From assembly GCA_964457585.1 (NCBI GenBank), contig CAYWFU010000003.1, forward strand, positions 5,500 through 69,499: a stretch of DNA of 64,000 nucleotides, given 5' to 3'. The notes beneath the pieces are model-generated. The model did no database searches, was not told the origin of the DNA, and saw nothing but the letters and a program-made list of their open reading frames with translations. This DNA comes from an uncultured bacterium. Lineage in GTDB: Bacteria; JACRDZ01. The translations under genes and the position numbers were made by a program. This document shows positions 9,183 through 18,869 of the stretch, in pieces (positions within the stretch are counted from its first letter, which is position 1; each line of letters starts with the position of its first letter).

Positions 9183-9467
9183 ATGGCTATAAAACAAAAT
9201 TGTTGGGAATTTAAACAATGCGGTAGAATACCAGGAGGAGCTAGGGCTGCTGAAATTGGTGTGTGTTTAGCATTTTCTGATGCTTCATGCAATGGATTAA
9301 ATGAAGGGAAAAATGCAGGTAGATTTTGCTGGGCTGTTGCCGGTACACTTTGTGGCGGAAAAATACAGGGAGATTTTGCACAAAAAAGGATTACTTGTTT
9401 AACGTGTGATTTTTTTAAAAAGGTCAAACAAGAAGAAGGTGATAATTTTAAATTAACAAATGGTTAA
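9183..9467 (+). CDS. Small Cys-rich protein with two Cys-Trp motifs (two-CW-domain-like)
   Basis: 94 aa. NCWEFKQCGR… and …GRFCWAVAGTLCGG…CLTCDFF. The NCWEFxxCG signature matches my recollection of the 'two-CW domain' family. Nine Cys overall. Confidence 0.5.
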   Translation: MAIKQNCWEFKQCGRIPGGARAAEIGVCLAFSDASCNGLNEGKNAGRFCWAVAGTLCGGKIQGDFAQKRITCLTCDFFKKVKQEEGDNFKLTNG

Positions 9468-9565
9468 GTTGAATAATTGAACGGGAAAGAGTTTAAAAAA
9501 TAAAATGAAAATTATAAAAGATAAAAAGTAACTATTTAGGTATTTTAGCTGAAGACTGAAGTTTT

Positions 9566-10519
9566 CTATTTCCTCGTTTGCAATAATATTAACTGCAAAA
9601 CTTCTTTTGCGCCTAATGATAAAAGTTTCTCACCAAGTTCTATACCCAGTTTTTCCGGATATTCAATTTCTCCTTCCATTTCCGCTTTATAAATTTGTTT
9701 CCCATCAAGGCTTGCGACTAATGCTTTTAGTTTAATTTTATTATTTTCAATTTTTGCATTAGCTCCTATCGGGATTTGACAACCGCCTTCAAGGTGTCTC
9801 ATTAAACCCCGTTCAGCTAATATTGCGATATATGTAGGTTTGTGCAGTAATGTTTCAACAACCATATTTTCTATTAATGGATCATTCTGACGTATTTCTA
9901 TTCCCACTGCTCCCTGTCCAACAGCCGGCAGCGAAACTTCAAAAGGCAGATATTGTGTGATTTTGTCAGCCAGTCCAAGACGTTTTACTCCTGCACATGC
10001 CAGAATCATACCGCTATATTCACCCGATGCTAATTTACTAAAACGGGTATTTAGATTTCCTCTTAGATCTTTAAAAACAAGACCCGGTTTATATTTCGAA
10101 AGCTGAGCTATACGGCGTAAACTGCTTGTACCTATAACTGCGCCATCTGGGAGATCTTCCAATTTTTTATTATCAGCGGATATAAAAACATCACGCGGGT
10201 CTTCTCTTTCACAGATAGCCCCGATTTTTAGTTCTTCAGGGATAATTGTAGGAACATCTTTCATACTGTGTACTGCTAGATCAACCTCTTTTCTAATTAA
10301 TGCTTCTTCAATTTCTTTAACAAAAAGTCCTTTATCACCGACTTTTGCAAGAGCCACATCTAAAATTTTATCACCTTTGGTTTTTATTTTAACTAATTCA
10401 AACTTATATTCTGGATAAGCTGAAGTTAATTTTTCTTTAACCCAATTAGCCTGCCATAGAGCCAGAGCGCTGGCTCTTGTGCCTATTAATATTGTTTTTT
10501 TATTCATATTGCCTTTCAT
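9566..10519 (-). CDS. hemC: Hydroxymethylbilane synthase (porphobilinogen deaminase)
   Basis: Full-length similarity pattern (ILIGTRASALALWQA…; dipyrromethane cofactor Cys in CQIPIG). ATGA overlap with the hemA stop. Confidence 0.9.
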   Translation of the reverse strand: MKGNMNKKTILIGTRASALALWQANWVKEKLTSAYPEYKFELVKIKTKGDKILDVALAKVGDKGLFVKEIEEALIRKEVDLAVHSMKDVPTIIPEELKIGAICEREDPRDVFISADNKKLEDLPDGAVIGTSSLRRIAQLSKYKPGLVFKDLRGNLNTRFSKLASGEYSGMILACAGVKRLGLADKITQYLPFEVSLPAVGQGAVGIEIRQNDPLIENMVVETLLHKPTYIAILAERGLMRHLEGGCQIPIGANAKIENNKIKLKALVASLDGKQIYKAEMEGEIEYPEKLGIELGEKLLSLGAKEVLQLILLQTRK

Positions 10520-11850
10520 TCAATCACATTGTTGTCAGTAACTTCGATAACAGTTTCTTTTGAAACAGTATTTGATTCAATATTATTTTCCTTTAAGTCA
10601 AAAAGTTCTCTTACAACACTTGAATATAAATATTCATCTTTTTCACCGGATGCTTCTTTTAATTTTATAATTGGTTTATGAAGCAATTTATTGATAATAG
10701 CTTTGCTCATCGCATTTATTAAATTTTTATCACTTTCAGTTAAATTTTTTAATTTACCAAGAATTTTATCAAATTCTTTTTGTCTGATATCTTCCATTTC
10801 CTTGCGCAGTAAAACAATTGTCGGCACAACATCCAGGCTGTTATACCAGCTAAAAAAATTAGATTGCTCCTGAACAATTATAAATTCCACCTTAGGAATT
10901 TCTTTTGCCCGTTCCTGAATGTTTGTATTAACAACTTCTTTTAAATCATCTATATCATATAAAAAAACATTATCTATTTCATTTACTTTTGGATCAATAT
11001 CTCTTGGAACAGCAATATCAATAAAAAAAATCGGTTTATTTTTACGTAAATGGATAATTTTTTTAGCATCCTCCTGTTTGATTATAAAATTTGGCGCGCC
11101 GGTTGAACTTATAATTATATCTATATTTGTAATATTATTTAAAATATCATCAAATTTTATTGGAGTTCCATTGAAGATTTTAGCCATATCACAGGCTCTT
11201 TCATAAGTTCGATTTGCAACGAAAACTTTTTTTACTCCATTTGTTACAAGATGTTTGGCTGTAAGTTCACTCATTTTTCCTGCGCCAATAATCATTACAG
11301 TTTTTCCTTCAATTGAATCAAATATTTTTTTAGCGAGTTCCACTGCGGCAAAACTGATTGAAACAGCGCTTTTTGCAATTTCGGTATCAGTTCTAACTTT
11401 TTTACCCACTGATATTGCATTTTTAAACAGGGTATTAAAAATAAATCCTGTTGATTTATTTTCAAATGAAAGCTGATATGCTGTTTTAATTTGTCCAAAT
11501 ATCTGAGGTTCTCCAACAATCATTGACTCAAGGCTGGATACTACTCTGAATAGATGTTCTACGGCTTTATTTTCACTATGTATATATAAACACCCATCCA
11601 GATCTGAAAGATTAACCTGATGATAATTGCAGATAAATTCTTTAATACTGGTAATGCCTTTTTCCAATTCTTTAACAACAGCATAGATTTCCACACGATT
11701 GCAGGTTGATAGAATTACTATTTCTTTAATATCCTGATATTCTTTTAATTTATTCAATGCGAGATTTAAATTTTTTTCAGGAAAACATACTTTTTCTCTT
11801 ATTGCCACTGGTGTGGTTTTATGACTTAAACCTACTACAACTATTTGCAT
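10516..11850 (-). CDS. hemA: Glutamyl-tRNA reductase
   Basis: N-terminal catalytic domain (LSTCNRVEIY, active-site Cys). NADPH-binding GAGKMSE. C-terminal dimerisation helix. Confidence 0.9.
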   Translation of the reverse strand: MQIVVVGLSHKTTPVAIREKVCFPEKNLNLALNKLKEYQDIKEIVILSTCNRVEIYAVVKELEKGITSIKEFICNYHQVNLSDLDGCLYIHSENKAVEHLFRVVSSLESMIVGEPQIFGQIKTAYQLSFENKSTGFIFNTLFKNAISVGKKVRTDTEIAKSAVSISFAAVELAKKIFDSIEGKTVMIIGAGKMSELTAKHLVTNGVKKVFVANRTYERACDMAKIFNGTPIKFDDILNNITNIDIIISSTGAPNFIIKQEDAKKIIHLRKNKPIFFIDIAVPRDIDPKVNEIDNVFLYDIDDLKEVVNTNIQERAKEIPKVEFIIVQEQSNFFSWYNSLDVVPTIVLLRKEMEDIRQKEFDKILGKLKNLTESDKNLINAMSKAIINKLLHKPIIKLKEASGEKDEYLYSSVVRELFDLKENNIESNTVSKETVIEVTDNNVIE

Positions 11851-11866
11851 TTTATTCCTTTACTCC

Positions 11867-12700
11867 TTAAAAATTATGAAAGCCTACTCGTAAATAGTTC
11901 AATCCTAAATATGTAAAAAATACTAAAAAAAATCCTATAATAGACAGAAAAGCTGTTTTGCGTCCGCGCCAGCCGGAAGTAATTCTAGCGTGTAAATGTA
12001 TAGCGTAAAGTATCCATATTGTTAATGCAGAAGTTTCTTTTGGTTCTGCCCAGTTCCAGAATGAACCCCATACTTGTTGTGCCCAGATCATACCAATAAT
12101 AATTGTTAAAGTTAGCAATGGGAAACCAAATGTAATCGAGCGGTAATTGACTTCATCCAATACTTCAAGCGATGGCAGACGATAATGCCAGATACTTTTA
12201 CTTTTAGATTTTATTTGTTTTTCCTGATAGAGATACATTACCCCTGTTGCAAAAGCAATTACAAAAGAAGCGTAGCTTAGAAAAGCGACAATAATGTGAA
12301 TCTCGAATAATTTACTGTCAAGGATAGGATGCAGAGGTGATATTGTTTTAGGTATTGTTAAAGCATAACCAAGACAGATGAAAGCAAGCGGTAAAACCAG
12401 TATCCCTATTATCCGCAGATTATATAAATAATTAATAATAAAAAATAAGAGTACAATACACCATACAAAAAAGGAAAGCGTTTCATATAAATTGGAAAAT
12501 GGAGAATATCCGATTGCCATACCTCTAAAGATAATTGCCAGAGTGTGTGTGGCAAACGCAAACCATGCAGTATAATTACCATATCTGGCTAATTTTTCAT
12601 ATTGATGAGATAATGCCACAATATAAAATACGAATCCTGTAAAATAACCAAGAAGAGCAATTAATATAAATATACTATTTAATAATGATAAATTACTCAT
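11867..12700 (-). CDS. Cytochrome c assembly protein of the CcsA/ResC/HemX-like family, as in hemA operons
   Basis: Polytopic membrane protein with the W-rich region (WAQQVWGSFWNWAEPKE) characteristic of the CcmC/CcsA/HemX family. Position downstream of hemA as in Firmicutes hemAXCDBL. Confidence 0.7.
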   Translation of the reverse strand: MSNLSLLNSIFILIALLGYFTGFVFYIVALSHQYEKLARYGNYTAWFAFATHTLAIIFRGMAIGYSPFSNLYETLSFFVWCIVLLFFIINYLYNLRIIGILVLPLAFICLGYALTIPKTISPLHPILDSKLFEIHIIVAFLSYASFVIAFATGVMYLYQEKQIKSKSKSIWHYRLPSLEVLDEVNYRSITFGFPLLTLTIIIGMIWAQQVWGSFWNWAEPKETSALTIWILYAIHLHARITSGWRGRKTAFLSIIGFFLVFFTYLGLNYLRVGFHNF

Positions 12701-13338
12701 GATAATCCTTTCACTTGAAGTATATTTTTAATTTTAGTTATCCATACCTGTGGATGGCTATTTCTAACAAGGTTTAATATTTTATTACTTGATATTTTTT
12801 TTATCAATTCTTCACGGTCTTTTTTATTTTTTATTTCTTTTAATATAGTCTGACGAATTTTTGAAATAAATTTAAAATATTTCTCTAAATTTTTATCGAA
12901 GTTTTTTTCTATTTCTTCTTTTATTATTTTAGCTAAACAGGGATTTAGTCCGCTTGTTGAAACAGCAATTTTTATTAAACCTTTATTAAATGCTGCCGGC
13001 ATTATAAAACTGCTATTAGTATTACCAGCAGTATTTACTAAAATATCCATTTTGCCGGCAATATTTGCAATTTGCATATTTAGTTTATTGTCATCAGTTG
13101 CGGTAATTATAAAATTAAAACTTTTTAAATCTGCCGTACGATATTTTCTTAATTTAAGTTTTATTTTTTTTTGTTTATAGATTTTTTTTATCGTAGGTGT
13201 AATAATTGGACTTATAATAGTTATATCAGCATCATATTTAAGTAAAGTTGCTATTTTTCGTTCAGCAACCTTACCCCCGCCAATTACTAAACACTTAAAT
13301 TTTTTTAAATTAATAAAAACCGGATAATATTTTACCAT
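12697..13338 (-). CDS. Precorrin-2 dehydrogenase / sirohydrochlorin ferrochelatase (siroheme synthase N-terminal domain, SirC/CysG-N type)
   Basis: Rossmann motif VIGGGKVAERKIATLL near the N-terminus. Roughly 210 aa, like stand-alone SirC/Met8-type proteins. Follows hemA-hemC in the same direction with a 4-nt overlap. Confidence 0.75.
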   Translation of the reverse strand: MVKYYPVFINLKKFKCLVIGGGKVAERKIATLLKYDADITIISPIITPTIKKIYKQKKIKLKLRKYRTADLKSFNFIITATDDNKLNMQIANIAGKMDILVNTAGNTNSSFIMPAAFNKGLIKIAVSTSGLNPCLAKIIKEEIEKNFDKNLEKYFKFISKIRQTILKEIKNKKDREELIKKISSNKILNLVRNSHPQVWITKIKNILQVKGLS

Positions 13339-13353
13339 TTTAAATACAAAATT

Positions 13354-13746
13354 TCATCTTTTAAAAGTATTATTCTCTATAAACTCTATATCTTTGATTA
13401 GAGGTTTATTAAAATATCTATTCAATTGAGTGGTTATATCTTTTCTAAATTTAATTAGCTGTTTATACCATAAGGATTCATTTATTACCATAATTAATTT
13501 CCCATTTCTAAATGATACAGGATGCGCATGATTATATAAAGTTGTTCCCATTCCTTTCCATGCTTTTTTTATTTCATCTAATAGTATTACATTGTTTAAA
13601 TCTAAATTATCTAAAATATTTTTTGTAATATTTTGTAATTTTATATTTTTTTCTATCTTCTGTCTTCTGTCTTCTGCCTTCTGCCTTCTGTCCTCTGTAC
13701 TCTGTGCTCTGTCTTCTGTGCTCTGTCTTCTGTCTTTTATTCTCAT
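13354..13746 (-). CDS. DUF721/DciA-like protein with an N-terminal extension encoded by heptanucleotide tandem repeats
   Basis: C-terminal AWKGMGTTLYNHAHPVSFRNGKLIMVINESLWYKQLIKFRKDITTQLNRY matches the DUF721 (DciA) pattern from memory. The only ATG start lies upstream of the repeat tract, giving a DRRQSTE/DRRQKAE-type 7-aa periodic N-terminus. Confidence 0.55.
   Translation of the reverse strand: MRIKDRRQSTEDRAQSTEDRRQKAEDRRQKIEKNIKLQNITKNILDNLDLNNVILLDEIKKAWKGMGTTLYNHAHPVSFRNGKLIMVINESLWYKQLIKFRKDITTQLNRYFNKPLIKDIEFIENNTFKR
13654..13737. repeat. About 12 tandem copies of a 7-bp unit (TGTCTTC and variants; complement GAAGRCA) inside the 5' coding region
   Basis: Read directly: tgtcttc tgtcttc tgccttc tgccttc tgtcctc tgtactc tgtgctc tgtcttc tgtgctc tgtcttc tgtcttt. 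Unit length is not a multiple of 3. Confidence 0.8.
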
Positions 13747-13786
13747 CTCTCAACCCTCTTGTTTAAAAAGGTAATGTCAAAAATTA

Positions 13787-13968
13787 ACCACAGAGAACAC
13801 AGAGAAACTTTTAAATATTAATGAGTTAGAAGAGTTCCCCCTCTGTGCCCTATAAATTTCCAGCTTATTTAAGCTATTTTTTAAATAGAAACAATGAAAC
13901 CTCTTGAGAACACAGAGAATTAAAAAATTATAAAAATAAACTCTGTGATCTCTGTGGTTCATTTTTTT
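13787..13968. repeat. About 180-bp element bounded by an 18/19-bp inverted repeat (AACCACAGAGAACACAGAG / CTCTGTGATCTCTGTGGTT) with extra internal CACAGAG copies
   Basis: Inverted repeats and internal ctctgtg/cacagag copies at ~13841 and ~13906 seen directly. Lies in the dciA-like promoter / bamA 3' intergenic region. Confidence 0.5.
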
Positions 13969-13974
13969 ATCCCT

Positions 13975-16386
13975 TTAAAAAAATCCCCATCCCAGGTTAA
14001 AATGGAATCTTCCTTTTTCATCTCCGGGCTCGAGGTTTAAACCCCAGCCATAATCAAGCCGTAAAGGACCAATTGGGGTTTCCAGATGGAATCCTAATCC
14101 TGCTCCGGATTTTAAGTCTTTAAGTCTGATTTCCTGAGTTCTATCCCATGCATTACCGCTATCAATAAATATCACAAAATTTATATTTTGTTCTAATGGA
14201 TAGCTATGTTCCAGATTAACATAAAATTCTCTTTTTTTACGATCAGCAATACCTCTTTCTGAATAGCCGCGTACGGTGCTTCCTCCTCCAATACTGAATT
14301 TTTCTATTGGAGGTACGTCATCTGATGGGCTATAATGATCAACCACACCTAATTGGGTGTGTATCATAAATACAAATTTTGAAAAAGTTCTTTGATACCA
14401 GAATGTATCTGAAATAACTTTATGATAATTATTATCACCATTTAAAAATCCGCCGGCTTTTTCAAATGAAAGACTATATTTTACACCTTTTGTAGGATTA
14501 AATACATTGTCTCTATTATCATAAACTAAAACAGGTGTCATACTGCGTGTAAGATTTTCACCAAGTATAACATCATGAGGTATACGCGTGTCGCCAATAG
14601 AACGATATTCCCCGTCTTCATAATTATAATATATTGAAAAACGCAGATTTTCGCTCAGGGGTCTGCCAATTCTTAAACCAATACCTTTTTTGCGGTATTC
14701 ATAAGCAGTTTGTTTTTTTATGAGTTCAACATAACCATCAGCATTCCTTTCCCCAAAGTAATCATATCCTCTTCGTGAACGTATAGTATTAAATATGTTA
14801 AAACCAAATAAAAATTTAGTATCCAGAATATAAGGATCTGTAAAACCCAATTCATAATTCTGCAGATCCTTGCCGAATTCCCATGTTACATCAACACGCT
14901 GTCCATAACCAAAAAGATTATTTTTAGCAATTTGAATTTGTCCGATAAGCCCATCTGTACCGCTGTAGGTAGCTCCAAAACTAGCCTGTCCTGTTGGTTT
15001 TTCTTTTAATCTCAATTTTAAATTAAGATTATCATCCCTATTCCCGGTTTCTGTATCAATATTTACATCTTCAAAAAAGCCAAGATTATATACACGTTCA
15101 ACACTGCGTCTGACTTTTTTGGTATTAAATATTTCACCCGGAAAAATAGTTAATTCTCTGCGTATTACTTTATCTTTAGTCACATCATTACCGTTAAATA
15201 TAATATTATTAAGATACATTTGCGTATTTTCATGGATAGTAAATAATATTGATACTGTTCTTTTTTCTTCATCAATAGTCTCATCAGGTTTTACTTGAGC
15301 ATAAATATATCCATGTTCACCATATTTAGAAGTTATGGCATTTATGCTTTCATCTATTTTTTTATAATTATATATTTCATCAGATTTAACTGACAGAACA
15401 GGAAGAATCTCCGGACTGGAAAAAATCGTATTGCCTTTTATTTTTGCTTCATAAAATGTATATTGAGAGCCTTCATAGAGTTCAATTTCAATAAGCATTC
15501 TGCCTTTCTTATCAAAATCAATAGAATGTTTTAAAACTTTAGCATTTACATATCCGCGTTCTTTATAAAAATCAATAATTTTTTTCAAATCGCCCTTGAA
15601 AATTTCTTCTTTATAATAACCATCTTCCAGAATAAAAATATATGCTTTTGTTTCCATCTGTCTTCTTAATCTAAAACCGCTAAAAGCATTATTCCCTTTA
15701 AAATTTATTTTTTTGATTACTACTTCTTTTTTAGAACCTTCATCAATAATAAAACGAATTATTATTCTGTTAAGCTGTCCATCTAATTCCTTTTCAACAT
15801 TAGCTGATACATAGAAAAATCCTTTAGTACGATAATAATCAATAATTCGATTCAATGTGGCAGTCTCTTTCCCTTCGGAATATCCGATGCCCAGAGGCAT
15901 TTTTTCGCAGGCAGACATTTTATCCAATTCTTCTTTTAATTCCTTATTGGAGATATTTTCATTCCCTATGAATTCGATATTATGCAGGACAGGATTTTCT
16001 TTTATAATAAAAATAAGAAGAATTCCTTCTTCTAAATCAGTAGTTTTAACTTGAATATCAGTAAAAAAACCAAGCTGGTATAATTTGTTAATATCTGATC
16101 GAATTGTCTGGCGGGAAACAAAGTCTCCTTTATGTATTGAAATTGTATTTAATACTATTTCCGGAGAATGATTTTGAATTCCTTCAATTTCAATTTTAAA
16201 TATTTTTTTTTCATTAATTTGTTCATTTTTGTTTGCATTTATATTTTTATCAGGATTGATCTCTTCAGTTTGAACTATTTCTAAATTAACCAATAAATAA
16301 TAAAAAAATACAAAAAGGAAAATTTTTGAGCATTGCTTTACTTGCTTTATAGAATTAAACACCGTATTTTTTGTCTCCTTGATCAT
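13975..16386 (-). CDS. bamA: Outer membrane protein assembly factor BamA
   Basis: 803 aa. N-terminal signal/TM. Multiple POTRA-like repeats. C-terminal Omp85 barrel ending …LGWGFF. Confidence 0.9.
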   Translation of the reverse strand: MIKETKNTVFNSIKQVKQCSKIFLFVFFYYLLVNLEIVQTEEINPDKNINANKNEQINEKKIFKIEIEGIQNHSPEIVLNTISIHKGDFVSRQTIRSDINKLYQLGFFTDIQVKTTDLEEGILLIFIIKENPVLHNIEFIGNENISNKELKEELDKMSACEKMPLGIGYSEGKETATLNRIIDYYRTKGFFYVSANVEKELDGQLNRIIIRFIIDEGSKKEVVIKKINFKGNNAFSGFRLRRQMETKAYIFILEDGYYKEEIFKGDLKKIIDFYKERGYVNAKVLKHSIDFDKKGRMLIEIELYEGSQYTFYEAKIKGNTIFSSPEILPVLSVKSDEIYNYKKIDESINAITSKYGEHGYIYAQVKPDETIDEEKRTVSILFTIHENTQMYLNNIIFNGNDVTKDKVIRRELTIFPGEIFNTKKVRRSVERVYNLGFFEDVNIDTETGNRDDNLNLKLRLKEKPTGQASFGATYSGTDGLIGQIQIAKNNLFGYGQRVDVTWEFGKDLQNYELGFTDPYILDTKFLFGFNIFNTIRSRRGYDYFGERNADGYVELIKKQTAYEYRKKGIGLRIGRPLSENLRFSIYYNYEDGEYRSIGDTRIPHDVILGENLTRSMTPVLVYDNRDNVFNPTKGVKYSLSFEKAGGFLNGDNNYHKVISDTFWYQRTFSKFVFMIHTQLGVVDHYSPSDDVPPIEKFSIGGGSTVRGYSERGIADRKKREFYVNLEHSYPLEQNINFVIFIDSGNAWDRTQEIRLKDLKSGAGLGFHLETPIGPLRLDYGWGLNLEPGDEKGRFHFNLGWGFF

Positions 16387-16389
16387 TAT

Positions 16390-18852
16390 CTATCGAATTC
16401 CACTACCTGATAACTCAGCAAGCTCTGGATTATTTTCCACTGTAGAAAAAGTCAGTTTATTATTTTCCACCTCCACTTTTATACAGGTTCCATCTTGTAT
16501 TTTTCCCATTAAAATATCGTCAGTTAAAGGGTCTTCTATATATTTCTGAATAATTCTTTTTAAAGAACGAGCTCCATATGACGGATTATCTCTATGTGAA
16601 ATTAAGAATTCTTTTGAACTTTCTGAAAGAACGATTTTTATTTTTTTATTTTCAATTCTTTTTTCTAAATCAATCAAAAATATATCTATTATTTTTTTAA
16701 GTTCTTCAATAGTAAGAGAATTAAAAACAACAACTTCATCAATACGATTTAAAAATTCCGGTCTGAAAATTTCTTTTAGTTCCTTAATGATTTTTTCTTT
16801 TATCTTATCATAATTTTCAAGTGCGCTGGAGCTAACAAATCCTAATGTTGTATCTTTTTCAATTAATCTAGCACCTATATTAGAAGTCATTATTATAACA
16901 GTATTGCGAAAATCTACTTTGTGTCCAAGACTATCGGTAACATGTCCATCTTCAAGTATTTGTAGGAAAAGGCTGAAAATATCAGGATGCGCTTTCTCAA
17001 CTTCATCCAGGAGGATAACAGAATAGGGTTTTCTGCGGATTTTTTCTGTTAAAAGCCCCCCTTCTTCATAGCCAACATAACCAGGAGGAGATCCAATTAA
17101 GCGGGATAACGAATGTTTTTCCTGATATTCAGACATATCAAATGTTAAAAGTGAAGATTCATTTCCAAATAAAAATTCAGCTAATGAGCGGGCTAATTGG
17201 GTTTTACCTACACCGGTAGGCCCAAGAAAAATAAATGAACCAATAGGGCGTTTCGGGTCCTTAAGTTTTGCTTTAGCCCTTTTTATTGCCTGACAGATAG
17301 TTTTTACAGCTTCCTCCTGCCCGATAAGACGTTTATGTATTTCTTCATTCATTTTTAAAAGACGTTCAGTTTCTTTGGCTTCCAGTCTGGCAACAGGAAT
17401 CCCTGTCCATCGGAAAACCACAGATGCAACATCTTCTGCTGTTATAACCGGAGTAGTTATTTTTTCATTAAGACTATTTTTAATAGCAGATATTTGCATT
17501 TTTAATTCTCTTTCTTTATCTCTCATTTCAGATGCTTTTTCAAATTCCTGATTTTTTACAGCTATTTCTTTTTTTTCTGTAATATCTTCAAGCTGTTTTT
17601 CAAATTTCAGCAATTCATCAGGGCGTTTATTAATACCCATACGGCTTTTAGAACATGCTTCATCTATTAAATCTATAGCTTTATCAGGTAAGAAACGCTC
17701 TACCACATATCTATCTGATAGATTAACTGCAGCAATAATAGCTTCATCTGATATTTTTATTTTATGGTATTCTTCATATTTTGGTTTCAAGCACTGGATA
17801 ATCTTAATTGTTTCTTCCGTAGTAGTTGGAAGAACTGTAATAGGTTGAAAACGTCTTTCAAGCGCTCCGTCTTTTTCTATATATTTACGATATTCATCAA
17901 GAGTTGTAGCTCCAATACACTGCAGTTCTCCCCGTGACAAAACCGGTTTTAACATATTGGATGCATCTATTGCACCTTCTGCTGCACCGGCTCCGACTAA
18001 AGTATGGATTTCATCAATAAATAAGATAATATTTCCATTAGATTCTTTTACTTCTTTAATAATAGTTTTAATCCGTTCTTCAAACTGACCGCGGTATTTT
18101 GTCCCTGCAACTACTGAAGCAAGATCCAAGGTTATAAGTTGTTTATCTAATAAAATCTCCGGGACACAGGCATTTACAATACGGCTTGCCAACCCTTCAA
18201 CTATAGCAGTTTTGCCAACGCCCGGTTCTCCTATTAATATTGGATTATTTTTTGTGCGTCTTGATAATATCTGTATTACTCTTTCTATTTCTTTATCTCT
18301 GGAGATTACCGGATCAAGTTTATTTTCTTTTGCAAGCAGAGTCAGGTCTCTGCCAAATTCATCCAGAATTGAATTTTTACCTTTTATTTTTTTATTGCTT
18401 ATATATGATTCCTGTATTCCTAATAGATTCATAATTTCTTTTTCAACTTTTTCAAATGTAGCTCCGAGATTCTTTAATACTATTGAAGCAATCCCTTCTC
18501 CTTCTTTAATTAAACCTAATAATAAATGTTCAGTCCCGATATAATTATGTCCCAATATTTTAGCTTCCTGCGCTGCAATCTCTATGACTTTTTTTACTGC
18601 AGGGCTGAATGGTTTATCAGATTGGGAAAAAGAATATCCGGCTTTAATCCCGATAATTTCTTCTGTTTCTATTCGTATGCTTTCCAAATCTATTCCCAAA
18701 TTTTGCAAAGCAATTGCAGCTATTCCTTCACCATCTATTACCAGTGCAAGTAGAATATGTTCTGTATTAACATAATCACTATTAAATTTTGCCGCTTCTT
18801 TTTTTGATACATTTAATACTTTTCTTGCTCTTTGTGTGAAGCTTTCGAACAT
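16390..18852 (-). CDS. clpC: ATP-dependent Clp protease ATP-binding subunit ClpC
   Basis: Two N-terminal Clp repeats. Two AAA modules (GEPGVGKT; GPTGVGKT). UVR-like coiled-coil linker ([16 protein letters not shown]). ClpP-binding loop region. Confidence 0.9.
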   Translation of the reverse strand: MFESFTQRARKVLNVSKKEAAKFNSDYVNTEHILLALVIDGEGIAAIALQNLGIDLESIRIETEEIIGIKAGYSFSQSDKPFSPAVKKVIEIAAQEAKILGHNYIGTEHLLLGLIKEGEGIASIVLKNLGATFEKVEKEIMNLLGIQESYISNKKIKGKNSILDEFGRDLTLLAKENKLDPVISRDKEIERVIQILSRRTKNNPILIGEPGVGKTAIVEGLASRIVNACVPEILLDKQLITLDLASVVAGTKYRGQFEERIKTIIKEVKESNGNIILFIDEIHTLVGAGAAEGAIDASNMLKPVLSRGELQCIGATTLDEYRKYIEKDGALERRFQPITVLPTTTEETIKIIQCLKPKYEEYHKIKISDEAIIAAVNLSDRYVVERFLPDKAIDLIDEACSKSRMGINKRPDELLKFEKQLEDITEKKEIAVKNQEFEKASEMRDKERELKMQISAIKNSLNEKITTPVITAEDVASVVFRWTGIPVARLEAKETERLLKMNEEIHKRLIGQEEAVKTICQAIKRAKAKLKDPKRPIGSFIFLGPTGVGKTQLARSLAEFLFGNESSLLTFDMSEYQEKHSLSRLIGSPPGYVGYEEGGLLTEKIRRKPYSVILLDEVEKAHPDIFSLFLQILEDGHVTDSLGHKVDFRNTVIIMTSNIGARLIEKDTTLGFVSSSALENYDKIKEKIIKELKEIFRPEFLNRIDEVVVFNSLTIEELKKIIDIFLIDLEKRIENKKIKIVLSESSKEFLISHRDNPSYGARSLKRIIQKYIEDPLTDDILMGKIQDGTCIKVEVENNKLTFSTVENNPELAELSGSGIR

Positions 18853-18869
18853 GGTATTTTCCTTTTTAA

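Noticed and set aside
9167-9427. 86-aa ORF on the minus strand overlapping the two-CW gene
   Set aside because: Entirely antisense to a better-supported ORF with a recognisable Cys-Trp signature. No RBS or context support.
13654-13737. CRISPR array?
   Set aside because: The units are 7 bp and contiguous with no spacers. No cas genes are present. It is a simple tandem repeat.
13592-13962. Two 60-61-aa ORFs (13592-13774 +, 13777-13962 -) in the heptamer-repeat and CACAGAG regions
   Set aside because: Translations of simple-sequence or palindromic DNA (CLLSSAFCLLSSV… periodicity). Classic repeat-induced artefacts.
18212-18775. Several 63-110-aa plus-strand ORFs inside clpC, and similar ones inside recG, hemA, lolE and lptD
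   Set aside because: Antisense to strongly supported conserved genes. No homology. Typical spurious ORFs in AT-rich DNA.
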